Shown in pieces: positions 1 through 10,343 of a stretch of 64,000 nucleotides of DNA; position 1 is the first letter of the stretch; each line of letters opens with the position of its first letter. This DNA comes from Malacoraja senta (lineage: Eukaryota). Below the pieces are notes generated by a model. That model was not told the origin of the DNA. It did not search any database and worked only from the letters and a program-made list of their open reading frames with translations. The DNA is taken from the NCBI GenBank assembly GCA_038087875.1, contig CM075989.1, positions 1,488,001-1,552,000 on the forward strand, given 5' to 3'. The position numbers and the translations under genes are program-made.

Positions 1-37
1 TTTCTGCGCTGTATCTCTAAACTAACTAAACTAAACT

Positions 38-247
38 GAAATGCAGCACCTCTAACTTATCTGAATTAGAGGGCATTTGCCCTTCCTTGGCCCACTTGCC
101 CAGCTGATTAGATCCTGCTGTAATTGCTGATACATTATCAATGCCTACGATGCCACCTACTTTTGTGTCTTCTGCAAACTTACTAATCGTGCCTTGTACA
201 ACCTCATCTAAATCATTGATGGAAAACTTAAACAGCAATGGGCCCAT
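38..247 (-). mobile_element. Degenerate CR1 LINE RT fragment
   Basis: ORF 26..247 reads GPLLF..INDLD..ISKFAEDTK, matching the CR1 RT core seen at 58672..60210. Confidence 0.8.
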
Positions 248-394
248 CAGTGTTTCTGGTCATAGTGTTATACAGTATGGAAAAAGGCCCTTCATCCCAA
301 CCGCAGTCCATGCCAACCAAGTTACTTAACCAAGCTAGTCACCTTTGCTTGTGCCTGTCCCGCTTTCTTCCAGATCTTTCCTATCCATGTACTT

Positions 395-707
395 TTAGTT
401 CAGCTCAGTTTGGACATACAATGCAGATACAGGTTCTTCAGCCCACCAGGTCTGTACCGACCAGCGATCCCCATATACTAACTTTATCCTACACATTAGG
501 GACAACTTACAATATTTTACTGAAGCCAATTAACCTACAAACCTGTACGTATTTGGAGTGTGGGAGGAAACCGGAGATCCCAGAGAAAACTCACGGAGGG
601 TCACAGGGAGAAAGTACAAACTCCCTACTGACATCACCCATAATCAGGATCAAACCCGGATCCCTCGCGCTGTAAGGCAGCAACTCACTGCTGCGCCACC
701 GTGCCGC
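395..707 (-). mobile_element. HE1-like tRNA-derived SINE
   Basis: Minus strand has head GCGGCACGGTGGCGCAGCAG (A box), B-box-like GGTTTGATCC, core CTCCGGTTTCCTCCCACACTCCAAA and a CR1-type tail. About 10 copies in the window; a tail also occupies 1-37. Confidence 0.8.
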
Positions 708-954
708 AAGAGGTGTTTTAATTATCACTAGACCAAGTGCAGACCCGTTGGGTCTGTTTCCCCAACGCGCGTTTGCGGGGGGGGGGGGGGGGGGCTGCGG
801 CGTCACACTAACCACCGTTGGGTCTGTTCCTCCAAACCACGGTTGCGTGGTGGGAATCTGGCACCCACAAACACACACACTCATCACACCCCTTGATGTT
901 ATCTTAATTTTATTAATTGGCTTCTTTATCCCATCTCCACCCTATCCACTGACG

Positions 955-1625
955 AATAATAATAATAATAATAATAATTAATTTTATTTACGGGCGCCTT
1001 ATACCGAGGTCTCAAGGACACCTTACAGAGATTTATAGGAAACATATAATCAGAATTTAAAAATAAGTTATAAAGACCAATACACAAATCAGGGACAGAA
1101 TTCCTTCCAAAAAGACAAAAAAGACAATCAGAAACACAATTTGAGGAGAGAGCAGCGGCAACGAAACCGCGCCAGCGTCCACTCTCCCCTCCGACCGCCA
1201 TCTTGAACACAGACTAACAAATACAATTACAAACAATTACATACAAAATTCATCCCCCCACAATGATTTCCACTGTGGGGAAGGCACAATGTCCAGTCCC
1301 CAGCCCCAGTTCACCCAAAAAAGTCAGGCCAAATGAAGCCCCCGCTATTGCCTCTACGGAGGCCCGATGATCCTGGCCGTTCTCGCCGGGTGATGTAGCC
1401 CCGGCGTCGGGAGAGTCCTCCAGCAGCTGGGCCACCTGGAACGGCCGCATCCCTCACCGGAGGCCGCAACTACGGCTGGAACGGCCGATTTCCCGCAGGC
1501 GTCCGCAGCACCTGAAGCCGACAAGGCCGCGCCGATTTGGAGCTCAAGGCTCCCGGTGTTGGAGTCGGCGCCGCCGCCCGCGGATGGTCGCTCCAGTCCG
1601 AATAGCCCTCACCTCTCAGGTGCGT
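955..1625 (-). mobile_element. CpG-rich SINE-like element with L2-type tail
   Basis: Minus strand has core TGCCTTCCCCACAGTG and tail GTAAGGTGTCCTTGAG..AGGCGCCCGTAAATAAAAT..(ATT)n. Confidence 0.55.
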
Positions 1626-1627
1626 CT

Positions 1628-2146
1628 AGAGGGGGGGGGGGCAGAGAGAGTGTGCACAGACAGTGGAAGAGAGAGAGAGAGAGAGAGGGCAGAGAAAAAG
1701 ATAAAGATCAAAGAGAGAGAGAGAGAGAGAGCAGAGATAGGGGTAGGGGGTAGAGGGGGAAGAGTGTGGATGGAGGGGGAAGAGTGTGGAGGGGGAAGGG
1801 GGTGGGGGAGAGAGGGAAGGGGATGGGGGAGGGAAGGGGGTGGGGGGAGAGGGAAGGGGGTGGGAGAGGGAAGGGGGTGGGGGAGAGAGGGATGGGGTGG
1901 GAGGAGGAGGGGGGGAGAGGGAGAGGGTGAGAAGAGTGAGATGGAGAGGAGGAGGAGAGAGGGATGGGGAGGGGGAGAGAGGGATGGGGGAGGGGTAGAA
2001 AGGTGTGGAGGAGGGGGGAGGGATGGGGAGGGAGGGGAGGAGGGAGATTGGGTAGGGGAGGGAGGGGGAAGAGTGGAGGGAGGGGGAGAGGGGTGGGGGA
2101 GAGAGGAGAAATAGTGGGGAGGGAGAGTGGAAGGGGGAGGGGTAGG
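1628..2146. repeat. Purine-rich low-complexity tract ((GA)n and G runs)
   Basis: About 500 bp almost entirely G/A with many GGG+ runs. Confidence 0.9.
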
Positions 2147-2538
2147 GACAGTCCATCTGTTCCCCATTCCTTATCACCCCCAATCCTCTTTCTCTATTCG
2201 CACACACGTGATGACGCGCTTCGGCACAGGCTGCGGGGGTGGGGGGAGGGGCTGGGGCTGGGGCTGCTGCAAAGGCATATGTAAATGGATCAATTCCGAT
2301 TGGACATTTGTGAGCATTGGGCATTGTGAAATCACACGATGGAACGTTCACCAACATTCTATGGGTGAGAGCTGTTTTCTTTTTAACATTTTGACATTTT
2401 TTGGGGGGTGGGGGGAGAAGGATTTTATTAAAAATGTGTACATAAACACGACAAAATTTAATCAGGAGTGGACACTTGGAATGAAAAGTGAAATCTCTAC
2501 CGAAATGGAAAAATTCTCGGCGTTTCTGCGTGAAATCT

Positions 2539-2552
2539 CACACACACACACA

Positions 2553-2592
<40 letters not shown>

Positions 2593-2593
2593 T

Positions 2594-2624
<31 letters not shown>

Positions 2625-2630
2625 CACACA
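2539..2630. repeat. (CA)n/(CACG)n compound microsatellite
   Basis: Directly visible. Confidence 0.95.
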
Positions 2631-2787
2631 GTTTTAATTAATTATCACAGTGCTCACCTGTTCACTTCACGTTCCATATACTCATCACGTTCCATTTGAA
2701 AAAGATTCCTTTCAAGCTCCTCAATGTTATAGTGTCATAGAGCACATAGATACCTGAGATGCACCTCCATTCCACAAAATAACCTTC

Positions 2788-3317
2788 AGGTGCTGTCCCA
2801 CTTGGGTGACCTAATCCGCGAGTTCTGGCGAGTTTGCCCTCGACTCATACTCACAGCATGGTCGACACGAGGTTGTAGGAGGTCTTTGTAACTCTCCTTC
2901 ATGCTTGAGAGTGGTCTCCGCATACTCGAGTCCTCAGCTAGATCACGGCGTATGTTTCAACATGTTGAAAAATGCCCGCGAGTAAAAAAAGGTCACCACG
3001 GAAAAAATCAATACTTTTTTTACTCGTAGGTTTAGTCGTAGTAGGTCATCATGTTAGTCGTAGATAATCGAGGGCAGTCGAAGGTAGTCGTAGATAGTCT
3101 TCATCATAGTCGAAGGGAGATCATAGGAGGTCGTCTTCACTCTCCACTATTCGGTGTCCAATTTTACCGAAGTTAGTCATAGCTAGTCATAGCTCGTCAA
3201 AGCTAGTCTTCAACATAGTCGAAGGAGGTCGAAGGAAGTCTTCAACATGACATTTTTTCAAACTCTCCTAAACTCTTCTAAACTCGCCAATTAGGTCGCC
3301 CAAGTGGGACAGCCCCT
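2788..3317. mobile_element. MITE, PIF/Harbinger-like
   Basis: 28-bp TIRs AGGTGCTGTCCCACTTGGGTGACCTAAT / ATTAGGTCGCCCAAGTGGGACAGCCCCT, 3-bp TSD TTC (2785-2787, 3318-3320), no ORF. Confidence 0.85.
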
Positions 3318-3358
3318 TTCCACCACCGCCCCATGCTTCCTATCACAAAGGCAATATC

Positions 3359-4197
3359 TGTGTAGGAAGAAACCACAGATGCTGGTTGTAACCAAAGATA
3401 GACAAAAAGCTGGAGTGACTCAGCAGAATAGACAACATCTCTGGAGAGAAGGAATGGTTGACGTTTCGGGTCGAAAAGAAGGATCTCGACCCATATCGTC
3501 ACGCTTTTCTATAGAGATGCTGCCTGTCCCGCTGAGTTACTCCAGTTTTTTGTGTCCTTAAATGATATGTGGGGATAGGTGGATACAAGAGAAAGAAGGG
3601 TGGGGGGGTTGATTGGCAGATGAGTGGGGTATGTGACATATCCTAGAAATGAAAAGGAGACAAAGGCTATCAGATAAGGAAAGAATAGAAGTGGAATATA
3701 AAGCCAGAGGAAGAGGTATGCGTGGAACAAAGGAGGGGGAAAGAGCAGGGTGACTAGGGTGGTGGGAGAAATGTGTGCATACTGGGAAAGTGGTGGGGGG
3801 TGTGGAGGGGTTGGGGGGGGGTGGTGTTGCTTGAGAATACTATTTGAAATTGGGCAATTCAATGACCATACCGCTGGGTTGTAAGCTCCCCCAATGGTCT
3901 ATGAAGTGCTGTTCCTCCAGTTGGTGCATGGCCTCTATCTGGCAATGGAGGTGGCCCAGGACTGAAAAGTCAGTGCGGGAATGGGAAGAGGAGTTACAAT
4001 AGTTAGCAACAGGAAGATCCAACAGGCCTTGAAAGCCAGAGTCCAGGTCCCACCCCACCTCACTTCACCAGCTCTCTGCCCACTCCTACGTCACTGAAGA
4101 AGGATCCCAACCCAAAACATTGCCTGTCCATGTCTTCCACAGATGCTGCCGGACCCTCCAGCACTTGCTCAAGGTTTCAGCATCTGTAATTCCTGTA
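3359..4197. mobile_element. Penelope-like element remnant with inverted terminal units
   Basis: Palindromic unit at 3359-3558. Minus-strand 3840..4058 encodes PVANY..SHSRTDFSVLG..LEEQH..GSLQPSGM, resembling the C-terminus of a PLE GIY-YIG region. A further degenerate unit lies at about 4095-4197. Confidence 0.7.
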
Positions 4198-4489
4198 TCC
4201 AGTTAGCTAGCTCTCCTTGAATCCCATGCGACATAATCTCCCAGAGATGCCTACCATTTGAAAAATCAATGGCCTTGCTGAAGTCCATACAAACTATGTC
4301 TACAAACTTGCCCTCAGCAACCTTCTTGGTTAAATCCATAAAATACTCTATCTATTTCAAGACATAACCTCCCACACACAAAACATGTTGACTATCCCAA
4401 ACCAAACTGTCTTTCCCGATGCGACTATTCTTCCTTAGAAGCCTTCCAAGTAATGTACAGATGTTAGGCTCACTGGTCTAAAGTTGTTT

Positions 4490-4797
4490 TTTAGTATTAG
4501 TGTTTCATTTTCGTGGTACAGCGTGGAGCAGAGCCCTACGGCCCACCGAGTATGCGTCGACCAGCCGTTCCCATACACTCTCCTACACACTGGGGACAAT
4601 TTATAATTTTACCAAAACCAAATGAACCTACGAACCTGTATGGCGTTGGAGTGTGGGAGGAAACCGGAGATCCTGGAGGAAACCCACATGGTCACTGGGA
4701 GAACGTACAAACTCCATACAGACAGCATCCGTAGTCAGGATTGAACCCGGATATCTGGTGCTGTGAGGCAGTAACTCTACCGCTGTGCCACTCTGCT
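4490..4797 (-). mobile_element. HE1-like SINE
   Basis: Same head, core and tail as 395-707. Confidence 0.75.
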
Positions 4798-5607
4798 GTC
4801 TCCAGCTTTTTGTTTGCAGTCCTTCTTAAATTAGCCACTATCTCTACCCCACTGAGGCAAGGAAGAGTTACAAAAAAACAATCCTTGCTTTATCTTGCAG
4901 TCACCCTCTGTTCAGCCTCTTGCTCAGGCTCAACCCTCATCCTCACACACAGTACTCCTCATCAACGCACAGCCTCTCCCACCTCGGTCGCTCCCACTGG
5001 ACTGCCTGCTTTCCTCTGTACACCACAAGAAGCCCTCACTCACTCCTGATCACTAACACTGTGCTGCTCCTCCTCTCAGCCGCTCACTCAGCAGTGGACC
5101 GAACCTGGCCTCACGTTAGCAGCAGGTATTTATGTAATTGAATCATGGAGTCACACAGCTCGGAAACTTCAGTAAGAGAATGTCATAGGCAGGAGTTGGT
5201 CACACCTAAGGTACAGGCAGAAAGTAGATCACTGACCACCATCTCATGCATGCTGACTGTTATGGCCTAACTATACTCCAATGGAAGTATGAATCATCCC
5301 CAATACAAGTGTGACTGCCCATAAATAAGGAGACCAATGCCCTGGTCACCCCACAGATGTTGGTTAACTAGTGCCCATTCTAGTCCCCTTTGAAATAAAG
5401 GCCAGTGTTGCAATGACGTACTCAACCTGAACAGAACTTTCTGCATTGCTTTGAGTGGACGACTTCCAGCAGTACCCAGGCTGTGACTCTGGAATCCTGT
5501 ACCAAAGCACATCATTATAGTACAACAGTACATTCATTATTTATTATACTCTCTACCCCACGTGGTGACCATCGCCCACGGAAGGCCTCCAGAGTCCCCG
5601 TGGACAC

Positions 5608-5817
5608 TGTAGAGCCGTGCATGTTCCTTTAACATGGTGACCTCACTTCTACTAACCACTCCCCATTAGCTTCAGTATAAATGTAACCTTCCCACCCCTA
5701 GCTCGCTCTCTAGCTCCGGTAATGGACAACGAACAGCTAGGGCAATATGTGTGTATACGAATACAATGTATGAAATAAACTAGAGTGAAGACACCCTGTG
5801 TTTGGACAGTCTTTACA
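5608..5817 (+). repeat. 5' LTR (210 bp)
   Basis: TGTAGAG..TTTACA; contains TATAAA and AATAAA; no difference from the 3' LTR found by eye. Confidence 0.97.
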
Positions 5818-5831
5818 TGGTTGTCAGAAGT
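5818..5831 (+). promoter_or_regulatory. Primer binding site, tRNA-Leu-like
   Basis: TGGTTGTCAGAAGT directly after the LTR; one extra T relative to the tRNA-Leu-type TGGTGTCAGAAGT. Confidence 0.75.
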
Positions 5832-5909
5832 TAACCCTGCGTCTCCTGTTCATCGGGTTTGTTTTCTTTTCTCCAAGTGTTTATTTTCCTTTCCAACTAT
5901 TTAAGTACT

Positions 5910-8900
5910 ATGGCCACCTCGTGTCGAAAGCCTGACATTCTGGTGTTTGACTCGGACATCGTCCACCGGTGGACTATTTTCCGGCGCGACTTCCAGCACT
6001 ATGTCGCCATCGCTCATCCCAATATTACCCCTGCGATTACAGCACATCTGCTCCTCAACCTGGCTGGCCCGGAGGCCATGGAACGTTCTGAATCTTTTGA
6101 GTACGCCGCTGGTGAGAATGCAGAGGACCCCGTGTGTCTCATCAATAAATTTGCCGCGCTGTGTGACATTCCCACCAACTCCATTCTAGAGCGGTTCAAG
6201 TTTTTCAGCAGGCGCCAGAAACCCGGGGAGCACATCGATACCTTCGTGGCATCGCTGCGTCACCTGGCCCGGCGTTGCCACCTGGAGACGTTGACCGCCG
6301 ATCAGTTGATCAGAGATGTCCTAGTTCACGGTCTACAGGACGTGAAGCTACGGGCTGAGCTTCTGAGAAAGCCGGACCTCACTTTAAACGACGCTTTGCA
6401 TGCCTCTCGCATGTCTGCTGCTGTCGACGCCGTATCTCCCCCTGAAGCTGAGGACATTAACTATGCCGGTGCTGCTGGACGTCCGCGGCGCGATGGCCCG
6501 CCACGCCAGCGTAGCACCCCTGCGCCTGCAAGGGCCAACCCTCGCCGATGCCCAAACTGCAACTTTGTCAATCATCAATTTGGTGTTTGCCCTGCTCTGG
6601 GCAAGATTTGTAATTTATGTAAGAAGCTTAATCACTTCTCCGCAGCGTGCCGTTCCAGGGGCCAGCCTGTCCCTGCTCCGAGAAAGAGTCTACACAGCCT
6701 GACTGCTACTGACATTGTTTATGACTCCGAATACCTTCCAGTCGAACTCCCTGATTCTGATAACAGCTCCTCCCATGATGAATCGCTTGTTTTTTCAGTC
6801 CTGGGTGCACATGCTGTGATAGCTGATCCATCAGTTCGAGTTACTGTGAATGGGATGACCTTCTCTGCTAAGGTAGATACGGGGGCGTTTACGAATATTA
6901 TGTCGTTAAGTCTTTTTCAACAGATAAGAGCTGGTGAGAACATTACCGCTGATCACTCCCGCCTCCGTGCATATGGGGGGAGCATGCTATTCCCAGTCGG
7001 CAAGGCCACCCTTATCTGCTCAGTTCTGAAGGCCTCTCGGCCCCTCTCTTTCCTCCTGCTGGAATCTGAGAATGTTACTCTGTTGGGCGCCCGTGCGTGC
7101 CAGGACCTCGGTTTGGTGTCCTTCCACCACGACATCCACCCGGTGCAGACCCCCATGGATCCCATGTGCGAGTACCCCGACCGTTTTGACGAAGTATTGG
7201 GCAAACTACCTTGCAAGTACGAAATCGAGGTGGACCCGGAGGTCCATCCGATAGTCCGCCCTCCTCACCGCGTCTCCTTTGCTATGAAGGACAAGGTGGA
7301 GTCCACTCTACGCCAGATGGTGGCCATGGGCATCATCAAGGAAGTGAGCGATGCTACCCGGTGGGTCTCCACCATGGTCGTTGCTGCTAAGAAGGACAAG
7401 AGTGAGATTCGGATCTGTATCAACCCCAAGGACCTAAACCTTGCCATCAAGCGCCCGCACTACCCCATGCGAACGGTGGAGGATGTCGCTGCAAAGGTTG
7501 GCCCGGCCACTGTATTCTCTGTCCTCGATGCCAAGAACTCTTTCTGGCAGATTCCGCTGGATGAACGTTCATCTTTACTGACCACGTTTGGTACACCTTT
7601 CGGCAGGTTCCGTTTCCTCCGCATGCCTTTCGGGATCAATTCTGCCAGCGAGGTTTTCCAGCGCACCATGGAGCAGCTATTTGCAGGTCTGCCGTGTGCT
7701 ATCATCGTTGATGACATCTTGGTGTACGGGAGGGACGTCGCTGAGCACGACCTCCACCTCCGTCTGGTCCTGGATCGGGCTCGGGAAATCAACCTCAAAC
7801 TGAACCCCAAGAAGTGCCGTTTCCGCGTCCCAGAGGTCACCTACGTGGGCCACGTTTTTACGGCCGAGGGTCTGAAACCAGACCCACAGAAGACAGCTGC
7901 GGTCTCAGAGATGCCAGCTCCGGTCGACGTGCCAAGCCTGCAACGCTTCTTGGGCATGATGAACTATCTGGGGAAATTTATTCCCGACCTCAGCGAGCTG
8001 AGTGCGCCCCTGAGGGAACTGACCAAGGTGGACACTGCCTGGGTTTGGTACCCGCTACATCAGGCAGCCTTCGATGACTTGAAATCCCGGCTGGTTCGCA
8101 CCCCCACTCTGAAGTTCTTCGACTTAAAGCGCCCTATTGTCATTACCTGCGATGCATCAAGTTTCGGTCTCGGTGCCGCCTGCCTGCAGATCCACGACCG
8201 CCTGCAGCTACCTGTCTCCTACGCCTCCCGCACCATGACCCCAACCGAGCAACGCTACGCTCAGATCGAGAAAGAGCTCCTTGCCGTGGTGTTTGCCTGC
8301 TCGAAGTTCAGGGACTACATTATAGGTAACACCTTCACTATCGAAACCGACCACCAGCCGCTGGTCACGATCTTAAACAAACCGATCCACGTTGCCTCTT
8401 CCCGTTTGCAGCGCATGATGCTGCAACTCCAACGCTTCACGTTTCAAATCGTGTACCGCAAGGGCAAGGACATGTTTGTGGCCGACACGCTGTCGCGCGC
8501 ACCGCTGGCTTCTACAGCCCGCCACCCGTACGAGTCATCCGACCTGATGGTGCTAAACGTCAACTTCATGCCCTCCCAGCAGTTGCAGTCCCTGATTCAC
8601 CACACCGCCAATGATCCTGCCCTGCAACAGCTTATAGACGTCATCCGTCGCGGCTGGCCTGACCGTCGCTCACCCCTGCCGGCTGGTGCTGCGCCCTACT
8701 TCCTAGTCCGGGACGAACTTGTGCTGCAGGGAGGCGTGGTGGTGAAGGGCCACAAGGTTGTGGTGCCTGCCGCTCTGCGGGACCACTATTTCCAAACTGC
8801 CCACAACGGCCATCCCGGTGCCGATGCCACCCTGTCCCAGGCCCAGAGCCAATTTTATTGGCCCAGCATGGCACAGGACATCCGGGAGAGGGTCTCTGCC

Positions 8901-10028
8901 TGCTCCACCTGCAATACCCTCTCTCCCCACCAGCAACGCCAGCCACTCCTGCAACAGCCTGCCCCCGCCCTGGCGTGGATGGCGGTCGCTACGGACATAT
9001 TTGAGTGGCGTGGCAAACATTTCCTGGTCCTGGTCGACTCTTACTCCAGCTGGTTCGAGATTAAGCGTCTGCACTCCCTCACTTCTGCTGCGGTCATCGG
9101 GACGTTGCAACCCCTCTTTGCAACCTTTGGCATTCCTGTGACTGTGCAGTCTGACAACGGGGGCCAGTTCACGAGTGCTGAGTTCCGCGCATTCGCCGCC
9201 GCCTACAACTTTCGCCACATCACCAGCAGCCCGGAGTACCCGCAGAGCAACGGCCTTGCTGAGCGCGCCGTCCGCAGTGCCAAGGAGCTGCTGGAACATT
9301 GCAGACTGTCGCATTCGGATTTTTATCTCGCTCTACTGAATCTCCGAAATATTAGTCGCGACCCTGCCATGGGCTCACCGGCTCAACGGCTCATGTCCCG
9401 CACCACTCGCCCTCCAATCCCTGTCTCCCAGCGGTCGCTACGGCCCGCAGTCCGCAGCCCTGCTGCTGTCCAGAAGCGTATTACCCAGAAACAGGTCGTC
9501 CAGAAGCGCTCCCACGACAAGTCATGCCGTCCCCTTCAGCCCCTCTTCGAGGGCCAGGTCGTCCGGATGCAGTCCCCCTCCGGACACCACCGCTTGGCTG
9601 TTGTCGTCGGCTCTGCCGACTCTCCGCGCTCTTACCTGGTTGACTACGAGGGCACAATCTACCGCCGGTCCCGCCAGCATTTGCTGCCGGTCAACGAGCC
9701 CGCTCCGCCTCCCGCAGCCCCTTTTGCTCCCCCGGTTGCCGCCTCGTTGCCTCCCGCTCCTCTGCCCTCGCAACCCTTGGCGCCCCGTTCTCCCGCTGCT
9801 CCTCCTGGCCCCCCCCATCAGCCATCTCCCGCTCGCGTGCCCGTTTCGGTGCCCTTGTCTCCTCCCCGGTCTCCTCGTTCTCCCCCTCCTGCTCACTCCC
9901 CTTTCGGTTCACCTGTCGCCGCTCCTGCCCCGGTGCCCACTCTACCTTCGAAGGGGGGGGGAGGCGGGCTGCATACCCGCTTCGGGCGTCTGGTCAAGCC
10001 GCCTGAACGTTACGGGGAGTTTGCTTGA
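5910..10028 (+). CDS. Gag-Pol polyprotein, 1372 aa from the first ATG, uninterrupted
   Basis: Two CX2CX4HX4C knuckles, protease VDTGA, RT LDAKNSFWQ/MPFG/IVDD, RNase H CDAS..EKE..TDH, integrase HHCC plus SDNG and PQSNGLAER, Pro-rich tail ending TRFGRLVKPPERY. Confidence 0.95.
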   Translation: MATSCRKPDILVFDSDIVHRWTIFRRDFQHYVAIAHPNITPAITAHLLLNLAGPEAMERSESFEYAAGENAEDPVCLINKFAALCDIPTNSILERFKFFSRRQKPGEHIDTFVASLRHLARRCHLETLTADQLIRDVLVHGLQDVKLRAELLRKPDLTLNDALHASRMSAAVDAVSPPEAEDINYAGAAGRPRRDGPPRQRSTPAPARANPRRCPNCNFVNHQFGVCPALGKICNLCKKLNHFSAACRSRGQPVPAPRKSLHSLTATDIVYDSEYLPVELPDSDNSSSHDESLVFSVLGAHAVIADPSVRVTVNGMTFSAKVDTGAFTNIMSLSLFQQIRAGENITADHSRLRAYGGSMLFPVGKATLICSVLKASRPLSFLLLESENVTLLGARACQDLGLVSFHHDIHPVQTPMDPMCEYPDRFDEVLGKLPCKYEIEVDPEVHPIVRPPHRVSFAMKDKVESTLRQMVAMGIIKEVSDATRWVSTMVVAAKKDKSEIRICINPKDLNLAIKRPHYPMRTVEDVAAKVGPATVFSVLDAKNSFWQIPLDERSSLLTTFGTPFGRFRFLRMPFGINSASEVFQRTMEQLFAGLPCAIIVDDILVYGRDVAEHDLHLRLVLDRAREINLKLNPKKCRFRVPEVTYVGHVFTAEGLKPDPQKTAAVSEMPAPVDVPSLQRFLGMMNYLGKFIPDLSELSAPLRELTKVDTAWVWYPLHQAAFDDLKSRLVRTPTLKFFDLKRPIVITCDASSFGLGAACLQIHDRLQLPVSYASRTMTPTEQRYAQIEKELLAVVFACSKFRDYIIGNTFTIETDHQPLVTILNKPIHVASSRLQRMMLQLQRFTFQIVYRKGKDMFVADTLSRAPLASTARHPYESSDLMVLNVNFMPSQQLQSLIHHTANDPALQQLIDVIRRGWPDRRSPLPAGAAPYFLVRDELVLQGGVVVKGHKVVVPAALRDHYFQTAHNGHPGADATLSQAQSQFYWPSMAQDIRERVSACSTCNTLSPHQQRQPLLQQPAPALAWMAVATDIFEWRGKHFLVLVDSYSSWFEIKRLHSLTSAAVIGTLQPLFATFGIPVTVQSDNGGQFTSAEFRAFAAAYNFRHITSSPEYPQSNGLAERAVRSAKELLEHCRLSHSDFYLALLNLRNISRDPAMGSPAQRLMSRTTRPPIPVSQRSLRPAVRSPAAVQKRITQKQVVQKRSHDKSCRPLQPLFEGQVVRMQSPSGHHRLAVVVGSADSPRSYLVDYEGTIYRRSRQHLLPVNEPAPPPAAPFAPPVAASLPPAPLPSQPLAPRSPAAPPGPPHQPSPARVPVSVPLSPPRSPRSPPPAHSPFGSPVAAPAPVPTLPSKGGGGGLHTRFGRLVKPPERYGEFA

Positions 10029-10122
10029 ATGTTTTAAGTTTTTTCCTGACGATGTACGCGCGGGTTTGTGCCTAGCGTATGAGTCGTGGTCTCACTGTCA
10101 TCATTGCTATGTTTCCCTTTTC

Positions 10123-10133
10123 AAGGGGAAGGA
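10123..10133 (+). promoter_or_regulatory. Polypurine tract
   Basis: AAGGGGAAGGA immediately before the 3' LTR. Confidence 0.9.
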
Positions 10134-10343
10134 TGTAGAGCCGTGCATGTTCCTTTAACATGGTGACCTCACTTCTACTAACCACTCCCCATTAGCTTCA
10201 GTATAAATGTAACCTTCCCACCCCTAGCTCGCTCTCTAGCTCCGGTAATGGACAACGAACAGCTAGGGCAATATGTGTGTATACGAATACAATGTATGAA
10301 ATAAACTAGAGTGAAGACACCCTGTGTTTGGACAGTCTTTACA
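10134..10343 (+). repeat. 3' LTR (210 bp)
   Basis: Direct repeat of 5608-5817. Confidence 0.97.

Larger units (their letters stand above)
728..2637 (-). mobile_element. Non-autonomous Helitron (clear 3' end, unclear 5' end)
   Basis: Minus strand ends in hairpin CAGACCC-AAC-GGGTCTG, then CACTTGGT, then CTAG|T. This is the same architecture as the element at 32754-34643. The far boundary is approximate. Confidence 0.65.
5608..10343 (+). mobile_element. Full-length Ty3/Gypsy (Mag-like) LTR retrotransposon
   Basis: Two TG..CA LTRs, PBS, PPT, domain order gag-PR-RT-RH-IN, 5-bp TSD GACAC (5603-5607, 10344-10348). Confidence 0.97.

Noticed and set aside
1556..2699. Gly/Glu/Arg- and Pro-rich ORFs
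   Set aside because: Translations of purine tracts and microsatellites with no domain content.
10178..10343. C-terminus of the 668-aa Tx1 ORF
   Set aside because: It is read-through into the antisense Gypsy LTR, not a real protein extension.
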